The notes under the pieces: generated by a model
The model's input: only the letters and a program-made list of their open reading frames with translations
Database searches by the model: none
What the model was told of the DNA's origin: nothing
From: a virus
Taxonomy: Duplodnaviria; Caudoviricetes
Virus record (IMG/VR): IMGVR_UViG_3300005512_000052
Location: 1-49,028 of that record
Strand: one strand, 5' to 3'
Length of the DNA stretch: 49,028 nucleotides
Shown here: positions 9,056-18,655 of the stretch, one piece after another
Position numbering within the stretch: the stretch's first letter is position 1
Layout of the letters: each line of letters opens with the position of its first letter
Position numbers and translations under genes: made by a program

Positions 9056-9378
9056 TTTCTGAAGCCTCTGGCACAGATTTAATTCGCGTTCTAAGAAATC
9101 TAATCAGCAGTGCTGACGCACAAAATCAAAAAGCATATTTGAGTTTTGCGGCTTTGAACAGAATTTTATCTAATGTTGGAGGCGTCAGTGTCAATCACGA
9201 TGCTTTCAAATCAGCATACGATTCCAATCCAGCCATAAAGAAGATGGTGAAAAATTTCGATCAGTCAGGCATCACACTGGACACAGATGCTGAATCTCCA
9301 GATATTCCTACCAAGAAAGGTGCTCGTTCTTCCAGTCTCAAAACAATGGCAAAGAGAGCAACCAAAAAACGCACATAA
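9040..9378 (+). CDS. -1 frame ORF continuing from 7847-9055 (no N-terminal ATG; TTG 9139 is the alternative start)
   Basis: Frame is open from the A9G run: KKKGLISEASGTDLIRVLRNLISSADAQNQKAYLSFAALNRIL...AKRATKKRT. Confidence 0.6.
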   Translation, partial: KKKGLISEASGTDLIRVLRNLISSADAQNQKAYLSFAALNRILSNVGGVSVNHDAFKSAYDSNPAIKKMVKNFDQSGITLDTDAESPDIPTKKGARSSSLKTMAKRATKKRT

Positions 9379-9381
9379 CAC

Positions 9382-9410
9382 TTGACTAATTCACTGAAGT
9401 GTTGTAATAT
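9382..9410 (+). promoter_or_regulatory. Sigma70-type promoter, probable leaderless transcript
   Basis: TTGACT-17-TAATAT, with ATG 5 nt downstream. Confidence 0.7.
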
Positions 9411-9415
9411 AAATT

Positions 9416-9781
9416 ATGACTAGAACCAAAGACGAAATAATTCACGACGTAAATTCCGTAATGGAAAAATATATCAACAACACTGTGGCACAACATGGTG
9501 GCATGGTTGAAGTAAAAGATTTTGATATGGATACAGGCAAATTGACCATGATGATGAAAGGTGCCTGTTCAGGATGTGCGGGTAGCACAGCCACTCTTAA
9601 AAAAGGAATTGAATCCACAATGAAGCATTATATTCCTGAAGTCAAATCTGTAGAAGGTGAAGATGATCCAAATAGTGATGTTAAACCTTATTATGAATAC
9701 AATCAATGGGAAGGACCATCCTACGATAACATGTTAGACGAATTAGACAGACTATCTACAGAAAATGACAATGAAAATTAA
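9416..9781 (+). CDS. NifU C-terminal / NfuA-like Fe-S cluster carrier
   Basis: HGGMVE...MKGACSGC...TLKKGIE...IPEV, the Nfu domain signature. Confidence 0.9.
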   Translation: MTRTKDEIIHDVNSVMEKYINNTVAQHGGMVEVKDFDMDTGKLTMMMKGACSGCAGSTATLKKGIESTMKHYIPEVKSVEGEDDPNSDVKPYYEYNQWEGPSYDNMLDELDRLSTENDNEN

Positions 9782-10355
9782 TCCTATCTTTAGCAGTTTT
9801 ATCGCAGTTGAAAATATAGACATTTCAAACAAAGATGAATTAGTGAGTTGGTCCAAAGAAGAAATACATCATGATACCACACCAAATTATAAATCCACAG
9901 GCACAAATCATCTCAATGTAAATGAACCTGTATTGAAAGAACTTGTACAAAAAATTGAGAATGGATTTAACAATTTACACAATCAAATAGGTTTGAGAAA
10001 TACCCACAAACAAATAGTTTCCAGTCTTTGGGTAAATGACGGCAGTGCCAACAGTGCCATTGAAGCACCTCATAGACACGTGGACGGAGTTTTCAGTGCG
10101 GTGTATTGGCCCATAGCAGATACTGGATGTGCTCCACTTACTTTTATTAATCCAAACAATCAAATGAGTTATGTGTTTAAAAGTAATTTAATAGAACACA
10201 TGAATGAATTCAATAGTGACAGAGTAGATGTACAGCCACAACTAAATCAATGTGTATACTTTCCATCATGGCTATGGCACTATGTTAGTCATGCGTTGAG
10301 TAAAACTAACAACAGAATGAGTTTTGCATTTAACAGCGAAGCAGTGAGTAAATGA
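9771..10355 (+). CDS. Fe(II)/2-oxoglutarate oxygenase (TIGR02466-like)
   Basis: WVN...PHRH...FSAVYW...FPSWLWHYV...RMSFAFN. Confidence 0.85.
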   Translation: MKINPIFSSFIAVENIDISNKDELVSWSKEEIHHDTTPNYKSTGTNHLNVNEPVLKELVQKIENGFNNLHNQIGLRNTHKQIVSSLWVNDGSANSAIEAPHRHVDGVFSAVYWPIADTGCAPLTFINPNNQMSYVFKSNLIEHMNEFNSDRVDVQPQLNQCVYFPSWLWHYVSHALSKTNNRMSFAFNSEAVSK

Positions 10356-11035
10356 CTTTAATTACAAACAAAATAGATTACAAAAAACTATCACGAACTT
10401 CTCTTAATGGCAAAAGAGTTTATCAGTGTCCAGATGGCAGTGCTGTGGCGTCAGTGACCACCATATTGGATGCCACCAAAGATAAAACACATTTGATTGA
10501 ATGGCGCAAAAGAGTAGGTGAACAAAATGCCACTCGTATCACAAAAGAAGCATCTGGCATAGGAACTAGAATGCACAAATACATTGAAGATTATATTGCC
10601 ACAGGTGAATGGAGTACTCCAGGATCCAATCCTTATGCTCAGCAGGCATTTGAAATGGCCAAGGTTGTCCACGAAAATGCATTGGTGGATGTGAATGAAA
10701 TTTGGGGTTCGGAAGTAGGTTTATATTTTCCTAAAATTTACGCAGGCACCACAGACTGTGTGGGAGAATACAAAGGTGAACCTTGTATCATTGACTTTAA
10801 ACAGACAAACAAACCCAAAAAGAAAGAATGGATTGAAGACTACTTTTTACAGTTGGTTGCCTACGCAGAAGCACACAATGAAACATATGGCACCGACATC
10901 AAAGAAGGACACGTGTTTATGTGCGCCAGAGATTTGACCTATCAACAGTTTGATATCACACCATTAAACTACAACAAATACAAAGACGAATGGTGGCGCA
11001 GAGTGGAAGAATACTACATTAAACACACAGTTTAA
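10352..11035 (+). CDS. PD-(D/E)XK exonuclease (T4-like phage exonuclease)
   Basis: SVTTIL, GTRMH, AGTTDC, IIDFKQ and QLVAY motifs. Confidence 0.85.
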   Translation: MTLITNKIDYKKLSRTSLNGKRVYQCPDGSAVASVTTILDATKDKTHLIEWRKRVGEQNATRITKEASGIGTRMHKYIEDYIATGEWSTPGSNPYAQQAFEMAKVVHENALVDVNEIWGSEVGLYFPKIYAGTTDCVGEYKGEPCIIDFKQTNKPKKKEWIEDYFLQLVAYAEAHNETYGTDIKEGHVFMCARDLTYQQFDITPLNYNKYKDEWWRRVEEYYIKHTV

Positions 11036-11092
11036 ACATCAACTTCAATTTACTGAGATAACACGATAAATACTCACAGCAGGAGAAAAACA

Positions 11093-12682
11093 TTGGCAAT
11101 AGTATCAATATCAAGAATACAAATACGTAGAGGAAGAAAGAACGCAGGTTCTGGATTGCCTCAATTAGCCGGTGGAGAACTGGGTTGGGCTGTAGATACA
11201 CAGGAATTGTATATAGGAAACGGTGCTGTGTCAGAAGGAGCACCAGCAGTAGGTAATTCAAAAATTTTAACAGAACACGACAATCTGTTTGAACTGAGTG
11301 ATCAGTACACATATCGTAATGGGTCAAACATTCAAACAGGCACAACATCAGCAACTCCAATCAGAAGAAGTTTACAATCAAGATTAGACGATGAAGTGAG
11401 TGTGCGTTCATTTGGTGCTGAAGGTGATGGAACAGATCAAACTGAAGCATTACAAAGAGCAGTAGATCAATTATTTTTACCTTGGAGCAGTTCACAAGAT
11501 GCTGACAACTATAAGAAAAGAATTATATTAAAATTACACGCAGGTCTTTACACAATTTCAAACAGTATAAAATTACCACCTTATGTAAATTTAATTGGTG
11601 ATGGCTCAGGCAAGACTGTGATCAAACAAACAGGTGCATTTCCTGTGCTAGAAACTATAAATGGTGAAGGCATTGCTTCACAAACAACTTCCTTAAATCA
11701 AGCAAACAACATCAACTTAAAAGGTTTAACACTTGAAAGTAATTCTACACATTCAGGTTTAAAATTAAGCAGTTGTAAGAATAGTTCATTCACAGATCTA
11801 CACGTTAAAGGACCGTGGGTACAATCTCAAGGCGCAACGATTGAATCAACGCAGGTTGGAATTTTGATGGAAGCAACATCTACACCAGTTACCACAAAAG
11901 ATAACACCTTTGACAAGTTAATTGTAACAGGATTCAGTTATGCTGTGTTAAGCAATGACGATGTCCAACACAATGTTTTTGATAGTGCGGTAATTGAAGG
12001 TTGCGGATACGGAATTGTGTTCGGGAGAGATACTGTTGTAGGACAAGTTGGTCAAGCCACAGGTCCTATCAACAATAAAGTTTCTAATTCAAAATTTTCA
12101 GACATAAATCTACAAGGCATTTGGATAAAACATGGCTTTGGAAACATCAGTGACAGCAATATCTTTAATAAAGTTGGCAATGATGCTGGTTTAGAAACAG
12201 CACCTGCACACAGTGTTATCAAATTTGAAAGCAATAAAAATGCTACTTCGAATGATTTCTTTTCTAGAACAAGTGCCATGATACGCAACTTCGCAGGTAA
12301 CATTCCTTACTTGGCAGAAGTGGAAGGACCGCACTCAGGAACTTCTGCGTTTACTACTAAATTTGGAATAGGACAATTATCAAATGAAGATTTTATTAAA
12401 TTACCAGCAGACACATCTAAAACCATTCACATCAATTACTTGTACAAAATGCAAAGTGACACAGGATTTAGAAAAGGCACATTACAGATAATGATCGATA
12501 AAGACAACAACACTTCACACATCAGCGACACTTATGACCATCAAGGTAACAATGCTGAAGTGTTAACATTTTCAACTCAGTTGTTTGACTATGATGCCGA
12601 CTCTGACTTTGAAACTCTTGTGATAACAGCCACGAACAACGATGATGCCGATGTCACACTTGAAATCCAAAATATCTCTTAA
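11093..12682 (+). CDS. Virion tail/baseplate protein with pectate-lyase-like beta-helix
   Basis: TTG start after AGGAG; RRG..LAGGELG N-terminus; VSVRSFGAEGDGTDQTEALQRA beta-helix cap; TAAATA upstream. Confidence 0.7.
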   Translation: MAIVSISRIQIRRGRKNAGSGLPQLAGGELGWAVDTQELYIGNGAVSEGAPAVGNSKILTEHDNLFELSDQYTYRNGSNIQTGTTSATPIRRSLQSRLDDEVSVRSFGAEGDGTDQTEALQRAVDQLFLPWSSSQDADNYKKRIILKLHAGLYTISNSIKLPPYVNLIGDGSGKTVIKQTGAFPVLETINGEGIASQTTSLNQANNINLKGLTLESNSTHSGLKLSSCKNSSFTDLHVKGPWVQSQGATIESTQVGILMEATSTPVTTKDNTFDKLIVTGFSYAVLSNDDVQHNVFDSAVIEGCGYGIVFGRDTVVGQVGQATGPINNKVSNSKFSDINLQGIWIKHGFGNISDSNIFNKVGNDAGLETAPAHSVIKFESNKNATSNDFFSRTSAMIRNFAGNIPYLAEVEGPHSGTSAFTTKFGIGQLSNEDFIKLPADTSKTIHINYLYKMQSDTGFRKGTLQIMIDKDNNTSHISDTYDHQGNNAEVLTFSTQLFDYDADSDFETLVITATNNDDADVTLEIQNIS

Positions 12683-13142
12683 ACCTAATATATTTTACGG
12701 CAGTTATCCAGAACGTCTCAAGGACTGGCAACACATTAGAAATATTATAAACGATATAGATGATCCAATAGATTATTTGTTGGCAGTATTCAAACTGTGT
12801 CCTCGAACCAAAACCAATACCGATATCTACAAAAAAGAAACTTGGTTGGATGGTTGGCAACTGATTGAACGCAATGAATATGATTTGTTTGACATTTGCT
12901 TACTATTAAGTTATACTATTATATTAACAGAACATTTTAAAAAAGAAAATGTAATGATACATAGTTGTTATAAAACGGAATTTGATTCCAACAACCGTAA
13001 GTTTAATTACATTATTGAAATGAACAACGTATTTTTAGACGCACACAGTATGGAAAAAATGGACAAAACAACCTTTGACAAAACTTACGTTCTACACTAT
13101 ACTACCAACATACAAGAAACGATAAATATAAGTTTAATTTAA
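12651..13142 (+). CDS. Hypothetical protein
   Basis: ~163-aa ORF between the tail gene and nrdA; start uncertain. Confidence 0.65.
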   Translation: MSHLKSKISLKPNIFYGSYPERLKDWQHIRNIINDIDDPIDYLLAVFKLCPRTKTNTDIYKKETWLDGWQLIERNEYDLFDICLLLSYTIILTEHFKKENVMIHSCYKTEFDSNNRKFNYIIEMNNVFLDAHSMEKMDKTTFDKTYVLHYTTNIQETINISLI

Positions 13143-13160
13143 TAGGAATAAGAATATCAA

Positions 13161-15563
13161 ATGGAATTCAATACTAAAGAAATCACAAATACTTCAACAA
13201 TAAAAATCAAAAAAAGAGATGGAAGGTTAGAACCTTTAGACATCGATAAGATTCATTTTGTTGTGGAAGAAGCCTGCGAAGGTTTATCAGGTGTTTCTTC
13301 ATCACAAATACAAATCAATGCCAACATACAATTTTATGATGGTATGACCACAAAAGAAGTTCAACAAATTTTAGTTAAATCAGCCAACGATTTAATTTCT
13401 TTAGACGCACCCAACTATCAATATGCCGCGGCAAGACTTTTATCTTATGATGTAAGAAAACAAGCACACGGGCAATATGAATATATGCCATTGTTAAAAT
13501 TGATACTAAGAAACATCAAAGCAGGTGTTTATGACAGAGGCATTGTGGAAAAATACAACAAGGTGGAAATCAAAAAGATGAACACCTGGATCAAGAGAGA
13601 AAGAGATTTAGATTTTACATATGCAGGATTGAGACAGGTGGTGGACAAATATCTTGTACAGGATAGATCATCGGGTGATCTATTTGAAACTCCACAGGAC
13701 ATGTACATGATGATTGCGGCAACACTGTTTGCTGAGTATCCAAAAAGAATTAGAATGTCATATGTGAAAAAATACTATGACGCAATATCTACTTTTAAGA
13801 TCAATATTCCAACACCCGTGATGGCAGGAGTGAGAACTCCTATTAGACAGTTTGCTTCATGTGTACTGATAGATTCAGATGACACATTACCAAGTATCTT
13901 TTCAAGCGACATGGCAATTGGATTGTATGTTGCCAGAAGAGCAGGCATAGGAATCAACGCAGGACGTATCAGAGGTATCAATGCTAAAATTAGAGGTGGC
14001 GAAGTTCAACACACAGGTGTTGTGCCATTCCTTAAAAAATTCGAAAGCACTGTGAGATGTTGTACACAGAATGGAGTGCGTGGTGGATCTGCCACGGTAC
14101 ACTTTCCAATATGGCACCAAGAGATTGAAGACATACTGGTATTGAAAAACAACAAAGGCACAGAAGACAACAGAGTGCGTAAGTTGGATTATTCAATACA
14201 GATATCTAAAATGTTCTATGAAAGATTTATCAATGAAGAAGACATCACACTGTTTTCTCCACACGATGTGCCAGGCTTGTACGATGCGTTCGGCACAGAC
14301 AAGTTTGATGCACTGTACAAAAAATATGAAAAAGATACTTCAATCAAAAAGAAAACAATACCAGCACAAGAGTTATTCAGTGATCTTTTGAAAGAAAGAG
14401 CAGAAACAGGCAGAATCTATATTATGAATATCGACCATGCCAACACACACTCATCATTCAAAGACAAAGTGAATATGTCAAATCTTTGTCAAGAGATCAC
14501 ACTGCCAACCACACCTATCAATGCCATAGATGATGCTGAGGGTGAAATAGCATTGTGTATATTGAGTGCGATCAATGTGGGACAGTTGAACAACCTAGAT
14601 GATTTGGAAAATTTATGTGACTTGGCTGTGAGAGCATTGGAAGAAATTATAGAGTATCAAGACTATCCTGTGAAAGCGGCAGAGATATCTACAAAGTCTA
14701 GAAGATCATTAGGTATAGGATACATTGGATTGGCACACTACCTTGCTAAAAACGGAGTCAAGTATTCAGAAAAAGGTGCTTGGGATTTGGTTGACAGACT
14801 GTCAGAAGCATTTCAATTCTATCTATTGAAAGCCAGCAATGAAATTGCCAAGGAAAAAGGTGCTTGTGAAGGTTTTTCTAGAACAAAATATGCTGATGGG
14901 TTACTGCCAATTGATCACTACAAGAAAGAGATTGATGAAATTGTGCCACACAAACAAAGAATGGCATGGGAATCATTAAGAAAAGATATTACAAAATATG
15001 GATTAAGACATTCAACATTGTCAGCACAAATGCCATCGGAAAGTTCTTCAGTTGTTAGCAACGAAACCAACGGCATTGAACCACCGAGAGCATTGTTATC
15101 CATTAAGAAAAGCAAGAAAGGTCCACTCAAACAGATTGTGCCAGGATTTCCTAAATTGAAAAATGCCTACACACTGCTTTGGGAAATGCCCAACAACACA
15201 GGCTACATCAACGTGGTAGCCATGATGCAGAAGTATTTCGATCAAGCCATATCAGGCAACTGGAGTTACAATCCTTTACAGTTTGACAACAATGAAGTGC
15301 CAATTTCGGTTATGGCTCAAGATATGTTGTCAGCATACAAGTATGGTTGGAAGACATCATATTACCAAAACACTTATGACTTCAAAGGTGAAGAAGAAGA
15401 TGTACAACCGGCTGGCATCGAAACTGAACAAGTTATTGAATCTACACAATTAAATGGACACGTGAATGGTGTCAATGGCATTAACGGTGTAAATGGTGAA
15501 GCCACAGTTGAAGAACAATTAGCAGATTTAGAAGATGGCGAGTGTGACGCCTGTACAATTTAA
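13161..15563 (+). CDS. nrdA: Ribonucleoside-diphosphate reductase class Ia, alpha subunit
   Basis: ATP cone (KKRDG), QFASC, SNLCQEI, TSYY and C-terminal CDAC; no intron or intein seen. Confidence 0.98.
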   Translation: MEFNTKEITNTSTIKIKKRDGRLEPLDIDKIHFVVEEACEGLSGVSSSQIQINANIQFYDGMTTKEVQQILVKSANDLISLDAPNYQYAAARLLSYDVRKQAHGQYEYMPLLKLILRNIKAGVYDRGIVEKYNKVEIKKMNTWIKRERDLDFTYAGLRQVVDKYLVQDRSSGDLFETPQDMYMMIAATLFAEYPKRIRMSYVKKYYDAISTFKINIPTPVMAGVRTPIRQFASCVLIDSDDTLPSIFSSDMAIGLYVARRAGIGINAGRIRGINAKIRGGEVQHTGVVPFLKKFESTVRCCTQNGVRGGSATVHFPIWHQEIEDILVLKNNKGTEDNRVRKLDYSIQISKMFYERFINEEDITLFSPHDVPGLYDAFGTDKFDALYKKYEKDTSIKKKTIPAQELFSDLLKERAETGRIYIMNIDHANTHSSFKDKVNMSNLCQEITLPTTPINAIDDAEGEIALCILSAINVGQLNNLDDLENLCDLAVRALEEIIEYQDYPVKAAEISTKSRRSLGIGYIGLAHYLAKNGVKYSEKGAWDLVDRLSEAFQFYLLKASNEIAKEKGACEGFSRTKYADGLLPIDHYKKEIDEIVPHKQRMAWESLRKDITKYGLRHSTLSAQMPSESSSVVSNETNGIEPPRALLSIKKSKKGPLKQIVPGFPKLKNAYTLLWEMPNNTGYINVVAMMQKYFDQAISGNWSYNPLQFDNNEVPISVMAQDMLSAYKYGWKTSYYQNTYDFKGEEEDVQPAGIETEQVIESTQLNGHVNGVNGINGVNGEATVEEQLADLEDGECDACTI

Positions 15564-15611
15564 ACTTGACAAAATAGGAAAAAAAAGTAAAATTAGATAA
15601 TTAATGTAGGT

Positions 15612-16712
15612 ATGACAAAAACAGTTTTTAATAAACAAAACATAGATTTCACAAAACAGCCCATGTTCTTTGGTGAAGATGGTGGTGTTCAGAGATATGA
15701 TGATTTCAAATATCCACAGTTTGACAAATTGAATCAAACCATGATAGGATATTTTTGGAGACCAGAAGAAGTTTCATTACAAAAAGATAGAGCAGACTAT
15801 CAAGGATTTAGACCAGAACAAAAACACATATTCACCAGCAATCTAAAATATCAAACATTGTTGGATTCAGTGCAGGGCAGAGGACCAAGTCTTATGTTCT
15901 TACCATATGTTTCAAATCCAGAACTAGAAGGCTGTATTGTGACTTGGGATTTCTTTGAAACCATTCATTCACGTTCATACACACACATCATGAAAAATGT
16001 TTACAGTGATCCTAGTGAAGTGTTTGACACAATATTAAATGACAAAGAGATATTAAAAAGAGCTCAATCAGTTACAGCAGAATACGACAAGTTCGGAGCA
16101 ATGGCTTTGGATTATGCTGTGGGCAAAAAAGTGGACATGATTGAACTTAAGAAACAACTGTATCTGGCAATGAACACAGTTAATCTATTGGAAGGTTTAC
16201 GATTTTATATTTCATTTGCTTGTACCTTTGCGTTTGGTGAATTGAAATTGATGGAAGGTTCGGCTAAGATACTATCATTGATTGCTAGAGACGAAGCCAC
16301 ACACTTGAACCTTTCAACACACGTGATCAAAGCATGGCAAAAAGGTGATGATCCTGAAATGACCAAAGCAATGAAAGGCACAGAAAAAATTGTGATCCAA
16401 ATGTTCAAAGACTGTGTTGAAGAAGAAAAAGCCTGGGCAAAGCATCTGTTCAAAGATGGATCTTTGATTGGTTTAAATGAAAAATTACTAGGACAGTACG
16501 TGGAATGGATTGCCAACAAAAGATTGAGAGCACTGGGCTATGATCCAATTTACGATATATCAGCATCACAAAATCCTTTACCTTGGACACAGCATTGGTT
16601 GTCATCAAAAGGTATGCAGGTGGCCCCGCAGGAAACAGAAGTCGAAAGTTATATCGTTGGTGGCATCAAACAAGACGTACAAAAAGGTCAATTCAAAAAA
16701 TTCTCACTGTAA
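15612..16712 (+). CDS. nrdB: Ribonucleoside-diphosphate reductase class Ia, beta subunit
   Basis: FWRPEE, ETIHSRSY, EGLRFY, RDEATH and APQETE motifs. Confidence 0.98.
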   Translation: MTKTVFNKQNIDFTKQPMFFGEDGGVQRYDDFKYPQFDKLNQTMIGYFWRPEEVSLQKDRADYQGFRPEQKHIFTSNLKYQTLLDSVQGRGPSLMFLPYVSNPELEGCIVTWDFFETIHSRSYTHIMKNVYSDPSEVFDTILNDKEILKRAQSVTAEYDKFGAMALDYAVGKKVDMIELKKQLYLAMNTVNLLEGLRFYISFACTFAFGELKLMEGSAKILSLIARDEATHLNLSTHVIKAWQKGDDPEMTKAMKGTEKIVIQMFKDCVEEEKAWAKHLFKDGSLIGLNEKLLGQYVEWIANKRLRALGYDPIYDISASQNPLPWTQHWLSSKGMQVAPQETEVESYIVGGIKQDVQKGQFKKFSL

Positions 16713-16713
16713 C

Positions 16714-16899
16714 ATGAACATGATTGATTTTTCCACAATGGATGGTCTTCAGGTTCTTATGTATCTATTGACTCACAAAGAAGGTGCTTTTCTTTGGTGG
16801 TTGATTGGTTTTGGCATCGCAATGATTGGCATTAATCTTTACCTAGATCGATACGAAGATAATTCCAAACATATCAATCCAAACGATCAATACCATTAA
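16714..16899 (+). CDS. Small membrane protein
   Basis: ATG immediately after the nrdB stop; FLWWLIGFGIAMIGINLYL helix. Confidence 0.6.
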   Translation: MNMIDFSTMDGLQVLMYLLTHKEGAFLWWLIGFGIAMIGINLYLDRYEDNSKHINPNDQYH

Positions 16900-16905
16900 A
16901 TACAT

Positions 16906-16934
16906 TTGACACAATCCGATTAAGAAGTTATAAT
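16906..16934 (+). promoter_or_regulatory. Consensus sigma70 promoter, probable leaderless transcript
   Basis: TTGACA-17-TATAAT, with ATG 5 nt downstream. Confidence 0.85.
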
Positions 16935-16939
16935 AAAGA

Positions 16940-17353
16940 ATGCCCAAATACAATTTACTGTGTGCTCAGGATCACGAATTCGAAGGTTGGTTTGCATCAG
17001 AGAAATCATATTTGGATCAAAAAGATAAGAAACTGATTGCTTGTCCAATGTGTGACAACACACTGATAAGAAGAGCCATAATGGCTCCCAATGTTAGTCC
17101 TCGCACCAAAAAAGGCAAGAGCAAAAAAACTAACACCGCATTCTACAACAGTAGATCCACACTGCAACATTTGAAGACATGGGTTGAAAAGAACTGCGAG
17201 AACGTGGGAGAACGTTTTGCTGATGAGGCTCGCAAAGCGTCACTGGGAGAACGTGATGACCATATATACGGTACAGCAACTGATAAAGAAATAAAAGAAT
17301 TACACAAAGAAGGAATAGGAGCAATAAGGATACCAAATGTCAAAGACAACTAG
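16940..17353 (+). CDS. DUF1178 family protein
   Basis: C..DHEFEGWF, CPMC, AIMAP, VGERFADEAR and IYG motifs; a family typical of proteobacteria, especially alphaproteobacteria. Confidence 0.85.
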   Translation: MPKYNLLCAQDHEFEGWFASEKSYLDQKDKKLIACPMCDNTLIRRAIMAPNVSPRTKKGKSKKTNTAFYNSRSTLQHLKTWVEKNCENVGERFADEARKASLGERDDHIYGTATDKEIKELHKEGIGAIRIPNVKDN

Positions 17354-17588
17354 AGCGATTGTGTGGAGCAAACCAATGTGTCCATACTGCGATATGGCAA
17401 AAAGCCTATTAAAACAAAAAGAAATCGAATACGAAGAAAGAAAAATTGGAGAAGGTTGGACCAAAGAGCAACTGTTAGAAGCAGTACCAGGAGTACGAAG
17501 TGTACCACAAATCCTGCTTGATGACAAACTGATTGGTGGTTACGATCAATTGAAAGAATATTTTAAACAAGGAGAACATAATGGCTAA
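17337..17588 (+). CDS. Glutaredoxin
   Basis: CPYC active site, SVPQI, IGGY. Confidence 0.95.
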   Translation: MSKTTRAIVWSKPMCPYCDMAKSLLKQKEIEYEERKIGEGWTKEQLLEAVPGVRSVPQILLDDKLIGGYDQLKEYFKQGEHNG

Positions 17589-17868
17589 ACCACAACAAGG
17601 AGACACAATCACTATCAAACTGATGAGTGGTGAAGAAGTTGTCGCAAGATTACAAGAAGATCAAGAAGAGTTATTAGTGGTCTCTAAACCAAGAGCCATA
17701 GTGAATATTCCTCAAAAAGGATTAGGCTTAGGCCCATTTGTTTTCACTATACCTCAAGATGCCACTGTGGAGATATACAAAAAGAATGTGGTATGTTACG
17801 CAGAAACAGAGGGCGGAATGGCAAGACAGTATATGGAAGGCACATCAGGTTTAACACTACCTAAATAA
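17581..17868 (+). CDS. Conserved phage protein, Sm-like fold candidate
   Basis: IKLMSGEEVVA motif; AGGAG SD. Confidence 0.65.
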   Translation: MAKPQQGDTITIKLMSGEEVVARLQEDQEELLVVSKPRAIVNIPQKGLGLGPFVFTIPQDATVEIYKKNVVCYAETEGGMARQYMEGTSGLTLPK

Positions 17869-18455
17869 TGAATAATATTATTGCCACAGACTGCGACGGA
17901 GTTTTACTCAAATGGGAAGAAGGATTCGATGAGTGGATGACGTTTCAAGAATTTCCTAAAATGGCAAGTGATCATTATGAAATGCACATGAACTATCACA
18001 TGAACAAAGGTCAAATGGAAGTTTTAATTAAGATATTCAATGAAAGTGCCTGGATGAAGTTCTTAAAACCTATCGAAGGTGCTGTTGAAAATGTTAAGAA
18101 AATAGCAGAGTTAGGTTATAAGTTCCATGTGATTACCAGTCAAACATTGGACCAAAAAGCCAATCAACTGAGAGAACAGAATCTTAAGGAGGTGTTCGGC
18201 GATGTGTTCCATAAAGTAGAGTGTTTGGATACAGGAGCGGACAAAGACGAAGCACTAGCCAGATTGCCGGTGGGCACAATCTGGATAGAAGATAAACCGG
18301 CTAATGCCGAATTAGGTGCTGAATTGGAATTGGTATCATTACTTCTTGACCGTCCTCACAATTCAGTGTATAATACAAGTAATTCAGTCCTAAGAGTAAA
18401 AGATTGGACTGAAATTTATAACGTTATAAAGGAGAAACATCATGGCAACACATGA
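17868..18455 (+). CDS. HAD-family 5'(3')-deoxyribonucleotidase-like protein (T4 30.2-like)
   Basis: DCDGVL motif I, ITS, WIEDK. Confidence 0.8.
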   Translation: MNNIIATDCDGVLLKWEEGFDEWMTFQEFPKMASDHYEMHMNYHMNKGQMEVLIKIFNESAWMKFLKPIEGAVENVKKIAELGYKFHVITSQTLDQKANQLREQNLKEVFGDVFHKVECLDTGADKDEALARLPVGTIWIEDKPANAELGAELELVSLLLDRPHNSVYNTSNSVLRVKDWTEIYNVIKEKHHGNT

Positions 18456-18618
18456 AGAAATAAAAACTGCGTTTGAATCTTACATCGCAGAGTCAGAAGC
18501 ATTCGAGACTAAAGGTGTAAAAGCGGCGGCGGCTAGAGCAAGAAAGGCTCTTGGCATCCTAGGCAAAGCAGTTAAAGTTAGAAGAAAAGAAATCCAAGAG
18601 AAGAAAAACTCTATGTAA
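18442..18618 (+). CDS. Histone H1-like (Hc1-type) small DNA-binding protein
   Basis: Not in the ORF track (58 aa): MATHEEIKTAFESYIAESEAFETKGVKAAAARARKALGILGKAVKVRRKEIQEKKNSM; AGGAG SD. Confidence 0.75.
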   Translation: MATHEEIKTAFESYIAESEAFETKGVKAAAARARKALGILGKAVKVRRKEIQEKKNSM

Positions 18619-18625
18619 TTTCGCA

Positions 18626-18655
18626 TTGGGTTGCGGAGTAAAATCCGCAACTCAA
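18626..18655 (+). terminator. Stem-loop after the Hc1-like gene (terminator or stabiliser)
   Basis: TTGGGTTGCGGA-GTAAAA-TCCGCAACTCAA; no immediate U tract. Confidence 0.5.

Noticed and set aside
10352-11035. Cas4/CRISPR association of the PD-(D/E)XK nuclease
   Set aside because: No repeat-spacer array or other cas genes are seen, and it lacks a Cas4 Fe-S Cys cluster; this is a standard T4-like exonuclease.
13161-16712. Introns, inteins or homing endonucleases in nrdAB
   Set aside because: Both ORFs are continuous and of normal length.
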